NCBI RefSeq assembly: GCF_000281045.1
Contig: NW_008246128.1
Span: 132,346 to 170,490 of the forward strand
Direction of reading: 5' to 3'
From: Saprolegnia diclina VS20
Lineage: Eukaryota
DNA: 38,145 nucleotides
The position numbers were made by a program, and so were the translations under genes. This document shows positions 32,105 to 38,145 of this stretch, piece by piece. Position 1 is the stretch's first letter. Each line of letters begins with the position of its first letter. Under the pieces are notes generated by a model, which ran no database searches, had not been told where the DNA came from, and saw nothing but the letters and a program-made list of their open reading frames with translations.

Positions 32105-33537
32105 ATGCCACCGGCGACCACGATCATGTACGACCAGTTCGCGACGCTGCCCATCGACGACCCGCTGGCCGACGTCGACGCGCTCATGATGGAGGAGTTC
32201 AGCACCATGTTCCTGCCGCAGGCCATGAAGCCGACGACGCCGCCCTCGAACGCGTCGGGGACCCCAAGCTCGTGCTCGGAGGCGGATTCGCCGCCCAAGG
32301 CCGACATGGCCAAGCCCAAGAAGATCAACGAGAGCCGGAAGCGCCAGCGCGAAGAGCTCGAGTTCCTCCGCGTCCGCGTTGAAGAGCTCGAGAAGCACCT
32401 CGGCGTACTCCAGCAGGTCAAGGCGATCGAGACCGAGAGCGAGACGCCGTGGCAAAAGCTTGCCCACCAGATGCGCATCGACAAGCAGAACGCGGTGCTC
32501 GAAAACGAAAAGCTCAAGCAGGAGCTCGAAGAGCAAATTGAGTTTGGCAAGACGTTGCAAGCCATCCTGCGCAAGCGGCCAAAGCTCTCGTCTCTCCCGA
32601 CGCTCGACAGCGACCAGTGGAAGCTGTACCGCCTCGTCAAGGAGCCGATGACGCGCGCCCATGCAGTCTACGAGATCCTCCAGCAGCAGCTCGCGGCCTT
32701 CCCCGGTGCCATGGTCGAGTCGGGCCTTGTCGACACGGAGGCCGACATGCTCTTGACGCGCCCCAAGCTCTCGCGGTATTTGGACGACCAGCTCATCACG
32801 GAGACGATCTGGTGCCACAACTTCCCGTACGACTACCGGTTCGTCACCCGCTGCATGTGGGCGCTCATGGCCAACCCGTCCCAGTACGAGTACACGGGCT
32901 TTTCGGTACGCTCTTCTACGAGGCAGGAGATACTCAGAGCACCTTTGCTAGCTCCTCGAGACATTTGACGACGATACCAAGTACATTTGTACGATCGGGA
33001 AGCTCGACAACCTCTTGACGAGCCAGTGCCGGTTCCTCATGCGCCGCCTCTCGGAGCCCGGGCGTGAGATCTTCCTCATCCGGTATGCCTCTAGCTTGTC
33101 GTCGACTTTATCAACTAACGAAACACGATCGCGTAGGAGCATCCTCGAAGACGAGCTCATGCCACACGACAAGACGGCGCTCATCAACAACAAGAGCGCG
33201 TGGTACGCCTCGTCGCTGTTGCCATCCGTATCGATCATACACGCGTAGGTTTGTCCTCGAGCCGACGCCCGGTGGTGGCTGCCGGCTCAAATTTTACCAA
33301 AAGGCGACGCTGCCCATGATGCAGTCGCAGCTCTTTTTGCAGCACCCCAAGTTCAAGAAGCCTGGCTCGCCCTACTACCGCGTGGGCAACATCACCGACG
33401 CCATCATGACGTCGCTCCGCGAAATGGTCAAGGGCTTCAAGGGCGCCCTCGTGCACGTGCTCCAGACGCAGATCAGCGCCTACGCGGCGAGTTTGGGGCA
33501 GATTGAACCGCTCGACAACCTGACGCCTTCGTGCTGA
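32105..33537 (+). CDS. M96 mating-specific-like / bZIP-like protein, paralogue 2, multi-exon
   Basis: SRKRQREELEFLRVRVEELE, QIEFGKTL, LDSDQWKLYRLV, ILEDEL.PH, NKSAW and PYYRVGNITDA, shared with paralogue 1. Confidence 0.75.
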
Positions 33538-33639
33538 GGCGCTGCACATCGTATATTCCTGCTGTATCTATGAACTCATTTGTTGTGTGTTTCGTCTGTG
33601 TACACTTTGTCTGCACTTGGCGTCAAGTGCTACGGAGGG

Positions 33640-33945
33640 CTAGGGTTCCACCTTCATGCTTTCCACAGCGGACCACAGACAAGAGTTCATGGTACAGACC
33701 ATGAAGGGATGCTGCTGGGACGCAGCTTGGAGTGTGTTCTCCCTCTCTGATTCGGTTTGTCTCGTCGTCATCACGTCGTCTCCTGCGGCTACTCGGCTCG
33801 CCATGTCAGCTCGCGCTTGGCCCTTTTCAAAGTTCGTCTCTGCATGAACATGCTGCTGCTTGCTAGATGAAGAACGTTGCTCGTCGCTGGTGGTTGGCTT
33901 GGCGGATGGTAGAGAGAATGAGACCTTCGGAGCTCCCATCAACAT
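33640..33945 (-). CDS. Hypothetical small protein
   Basis: ATG-initiated 101-aa ORF with CCAAT boxes just upstream. No recognisable motif. Confidence 0.25.
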   Translation of the reverse strand: MLMGAPKVSFSLPSAKPTTSDEQRSSSSKQQHVHAETNFEKGQARADMASRVAAGDDVMTTRQTESERENTLQAASQQHPFMVCTMNSCLWSAVESMKVEP

Positions 33946-34631
33946 GCAGCTCGAAATCCAGCGAGCCCTGTTTATGGCGCCACAGCGATATGATTGGCTA
34001 TAATGGCTGACATACTGAATTTCGCACGCTTTTCAACCAATCGGCAACGCGTCTCGAGCGCGGGCTGGCGAGGCCGAGTGTCGCAGGACGAGTGTTATAA
34101 CTTTGCAGATCGCCGACGTAGCCAATCAAAATGACGCAACGCCCACTGCAGTCTCGCGTCTAAATACACCCAATCCTGGCATGCCATCGGGCCCACGAAG
34201 CCACAAGAATACGCCGATCGCGATCCCATGTTGCCATCGACATCAATTCCCAAAGGAGCAAGAGATTCGCCGGATAGATCCTGCATTATGTTACCACATA
34301 AACGCTAAATCTGCGACCCAAGCCATCGTGGTTGCGTTCGAGGACTTCGATGGAATCTTGTGCGTTTTGAGATTCGCGTGGCTTCTTCATGGAAGTTCGG
34401 TTGGGATTGCACCTCACACCCTAGAGACCATGCTATGCCTTGAGACCAGCCATTTCATCCTTCTAGGGTATGCACGTAGGCGTCGATGCTTCTTCTCCAT
34501 CCTGCATGCACGGGTTGCCTTCAAGTGGTGTGCATTTAGCCATCGCTCTTCCTGGGAATGTTATAACACATGAAACCGTGCAGATTGGGTGGCTTTTTCA
34601 TCTGTGCGAGAGAGGCTTGGTGAACATCAGC

Positions 34632-35357
34632 ATGCAGCAGCAGGTCATTTCGACTTTTGCCGGCCCACGCACACGCCAGCTCATCATGCGCACCCTGAGT
34701 CAATGCCTCCCGCCTCTCCAAGAGGGCTGCACCCGCATCTACCTCTGCCGCCACGGCGAGACCGACTACAACGTCGCCGGTATCCTCCAAGGCCGCGGTG
34801 TCAACATGCGCCTCAACAAGAACGGGCACAAGCAGGCGCAGCAGCTCGCGCGGTCCTTCAAGGACATTCCGTTGGACGCCGTGTACAGCAGTGCCCTCGC
34901 CCGCGCCAAGGAGACCGCCGCCTGCATCCAGCACGCCCACCCGACGACCAAGACGGGCGCATTCGTCGACCTCGAAGAGATGAGCTTTGGCACGCTCGAG
35001 GGCACACCCCGTACGCAAAACGCAGTCTTCCTCCAGGAGATCTACGCCAAGTGGCGCCGTGGTATCCTCGACGCCAACGCGCGCTTCCCATCGGGCGAGT
35101 GCCCGCTCGACGTCAAGAAGCGCGGTGTTGCCATGCTGCACGAGCTCGCGGCCGGCAGCGACGACGATCACATTGCGTTCGTGTGCCATGGCCGCTTCAA
35201 CAAGATCATTCTCGCCGAGCTCTTGAGCATCCCAGTCGAGAACCCACCGATTCCGCAGGACAATACATGTGTCAACGTGCTCGACTACAACCGTGTGAAG
35301 GGAACGTACACGGCGGTCGTGATCAACCACACGACGCACCTCGTCGACCGCCCGTAA
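34632..35357 (+). CDS. Histidine phosphatase / phosphoglycerate mutase-like protein
   Basis: IYLCRHGETDYN, YSSALARAKETA, LEEMSFG.LEG, GE and VCHG motifs. ATG 34632 is the likely start. Confidence 0.9.
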   Translation: MQQQVISTFAGPRTRQLIMRTLSQCLPPLQEGCTRIYLCRHGETDYNVAGILQGRGVNMRLNKNGHKQAQQLARSFKDIPLDAVYSSALARAKETAACIQHAHPTTKTGAFVDLEEMSFGTLEGTPRTQNAVFLQEIYAKWRRGILDANARFPSGECPLDVKKRGVAMLHELAAGSDDDHIAFVCHGRFNKIILAELLSIPVENPPIPQDNTCVNVLDYNRVKGTYTAVVINHTTHLVDRP

Positions 35358-35834
35358 AGCCATCTCTGTACCCTAATATTATATCAATGTAAGTTAACAT
35401 CTCGTGTACCCAGTCCTGCGCAATGCGAGAACTCGGAGGTAGAGACGCGCACAGCGTCTCTGGTGGTTGCCGTGCAGCAGGATTGAAGCGGTAGCCAGTG
35501 TAAACTTCAAGACAACAACCACCACCGACCAACACGAGACATGCAGAGTAGCCGCAGCAAGGACTGCATCCGCAAGCGCACGCCAGTGCTCGCCACCAAA
35601 TGCGCTGGTTGAAGAAGCTTACCGAGTCGTCCAAAGCCGTCGCTCTGGACCAAGCAAGTGCGTGCGCCAGCGTCCAGCTCGGATCTTACTTGTGCTTGTT
35701 CAAAGACACGTCCCTGCGACACGGCCACCGAGACGCATGGACGAGCTCGACAAGATCGTGTACTGTAGAAGGACCACGCGTGCGTCCAGTATCCGATACG
35801 CTGCATTCAAACAGTGGATCCCACTTTGGCATCC

Positions 35835-36635
35835 TTAGACACGGACCGTGTCGTCACCAAGAAGACGGGCGGTCGCGCTGCTATCCGTATCCAGCGACTC
35901 GACGCGGCTGGCTTTCAAATGCAGCGGTCGCCACGCGAGCCAGCTCAGGCCTTTTGCGACCCCAAAGAAGGCAATGTGCAGGACACACACCAAGAAGTAC
36001 CACAGCGGCGCATACGGCGACTCGACCTTCATGAACGGGTACGGCCAAAAGCTCGTGACTTCGTGGATGATCCACGCAGCGACACCATAGAGTGTGCCCC
36101 AGAGCACGAGAAGCGGGAGGCCACCCATCGCCATCGGGATGCTGTCGGCGCAGACGAGGTAAAACTCGAGGCCAAGCAAAGGGACGTTGATGCCATGCTG
36201 CACGTAGCTCGTCCAATTGAGAAGCTGTTCAGTCGCGTGTGCAGCCTTGGCGAGCGGGTACAAGATGGCCCACACGACGGCCATGACGAGGAGGCTCGCT
36301 GGAAATACCACGTCGAGGAGCACCCGCCGGCCGCGGCTCACACCACGCGCATCAAGGAGGGCCCACGCCCAGTAGATGATCTGCAGGATAAAGTTCCAGC
36401 ACGTGTAGAAGGCGAGGCCGTGGCCATGCGTCTTCACGAGCTCGGCGACGAGGACGCTGATGAAGAAGGCGAGGCAAGCCGCATGGAACGCGCATCGAAG
36501 CCGGCCCGATCGCGGCCGAGGCGTGAGGCGCAGCTGCGTGTACTCGACTCCGGGTGATGCTACGCGAATGGCCCAGATGCAGCCCACGAGGCTCAGCGCG
36601 AGCTCGGCGGCGACGACGTAGGCTTCCCAGAGCAT
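35835..36635 (-). CDS. FAR-17a/AIG1-like (rolling-stone-like) multi-pass membrane protein
   Basis: Hydrophobic 266-aa ORF with FYTCWNF, QHGIN..LL.LEF and WPYPFM motifs. Confidence 0.72.
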   Translation of the reverse strand: MLWEAYVVAAELALSLVGCIWAIRVASPGVEYTQLRLTPRPRSGRLRCAFHAACLAFFISVLVAELVKTHGHGLAFYTCWNFILQIIYWAWALLDARGVSRGRRVLLDVVFPASLLVMAVVWAILYPLAKAAHATEQLLNWTSYVQHGINVPLLGLEFYLVCADSIPMAMGGLPLLVLWGTLYGVAAWIIHEVTSFWPYPFMKVESPYAPLWYFLVCVLHIAFFGVAKGLSWLAWRPLHLKASRVESLDTDSSATARLLGDDTVRV

Positions 36636-36814
36636 CCTCGAAGTCGCTTTCGCTCAGTTTTGTATCTTCTTCGTTCCCGTAGTATGGTGTTTATAAACGA
36701 TAGTCAAAAATTGGTTGATGGTATATTATCCGGATATACGACCGCACCCACGTACTCACAACCGACAGGTACCGCAGCATGCGTCTTGCGCCCGACAGGT
36801 TCCGGATAACAGAC

Positions 36815-38058
36815 ATGGGCAGCAGCGCCGATGGCAGCAGGTTGGTGGGCGGGCCGGTCCTTGGCCACCTGGACATGTTCCAGCGCATCCTCGACGATGC
36901 ACAGTCGAGGAAGTTGCACAGCTGGAACAGCGTGGCCTTGCACCGTGCGTGGGAATGGGCGTTGTACCTGCAGCAGCAAGCGCAGCCGGCTCCAACTTCA
37001 ACCACAGCCGCGCAGCTTCGCAGCGGTAGCGCCTCCCACCGCTCGCATCGTGATCCGTAGTGTATACCTCCATGTAGCACCGCGCGACGTGCTTACTGCA
37101 GTCGTAACCTCACCATTTCTTCTGACGCACCCGAGCCGCCTGGAGCTGCTCCATGGACTCTGCGACCTCTACCAGCGTGTGGACGACCCAAGCCATGCGC
37201 TCGCCAGCGTACGTACTTGCCTACCCGGCTAAGATAACAGCCTGTATGTGCAGGACATCATCCACTGGCTGGAAGAGCAAGCGACAACCGACGCGCTCTA
37301 CGATCTCGCCCATGTCCTCGGCGATGCGCTGCCATTTTTGCATGTCACTCGTACGACCGCCAATGACGCACAGCATCAAGGATGACGTGTGTCTCTAGTA
37401 GCCCACCAAACCCTTCGATATCCGGCCTTTGATCACTGGCAGCTGCAGCGTCGGACGCTACAGATCGCAGCGCTCGCCAACAGCTTCCAGCAGCAGCTAC
37501 TCGCGACGACAAAGTCTCGTGACGAGTGCCAAGCGATCGTGGTGGCGTTCTTCAACACCGCCTCGTCGACCAGCGACGTCTACAGCCTCGAAAAGGTACA
37601 AAATGTCATTCGATTTAGGTAGAAAATGGTGCGATCAACTAGGACATTATAGTCTTTGCTGCGCTACTGCTACCGTGGCCATCGACGGCGACTGCTTCGC
37701 ACTGTCATGTTGTGGACGCGGTCGCATCGCTTGTGACGACCCACCCAGTACAGTAGGTGCCACCTTCCGCTTACGCATTGGATAGAGTTGTCCGCATCGT
37801 AGGCTGCTAGACCTCTCACCATGGCTCGCAGCTCGGCTCTGCCAGCACCAACCATGTATCGCCCAAGGGTACATTGCAGCACTGGTGGCGCACGCGCTCG
37901 CGCGGACATCAAAGGAAGCGGATGCCCATGAGACGAGTGTGCGCCTCGGGACGCTCGTGCACGGCCATGATCAGCTGCTCACCGCATGCGAAGCCAGCTT
38001 CGCAGCACTCGAGCCGTCTCTCCGCCACAAGCTCGTGTCGTCATCGCCAGCTCTGTAG
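36815..38058 (+). CDS. FANCF: Putative Fanconi anemia group F (FANCF)-like protein, 6 exons, 333 aa
   Basis: Introns 37026-37077, 37209-37253, 37351-37398, 37596-37642 and 37753-37802 give an open 1002-nt CDS. The N-terminus VLGHLDMFQRIL..SWNSVALHRAWEWALYL resembles the human FANCF N-terminus as I recall it (LLQHLDRFSELL..TWDPATVRRALQWARYL). Confidence 0.65.
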
Positions 38059-38145
38059 CCGGACATTTGTGTTGTCGCTGCTTCTGCGATCACAGTGTCA
38101 ATATATCAACTTGGTCGTTGCCGATCACAAAAACTCTGTGAAATC

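Overview
Eukaryotic, GC-rich, gene-dense draft-assembly window with four N gaps and many short (about 43-57 bp) GT-AG introns. The gene families point to an oomycete, probably Saprolegniales (inference). In order: a decayed P5-type ATPase, a folate-biopterin transporter, a Regnase/N4BP1-like NYN ribonuclease, a PH plus PI3K-RBD-like protein, an intronless bacterial-type S66 (MccF-like) peptidase, adenylate kinase, a six-copy array of an uncharacterised multi-pass membrane protein family (two intact, one with a single frameshift, three pseudogenes), a carnitine acyltransferase, a steroid-reductase-like/DUF1295 protein, two M96/bZIP-like paralogues, a histidine phosphatase, an AIG1/rolling-stone-like membrane protein and a six-exon gene resembling FANCF. 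Intergenic DNA holds candidate mini-Helitrons, a dispersed repeat and CCAAT boxes spaced 31 bp apart. Family assignments come from motif recognition by eye, not database searches.
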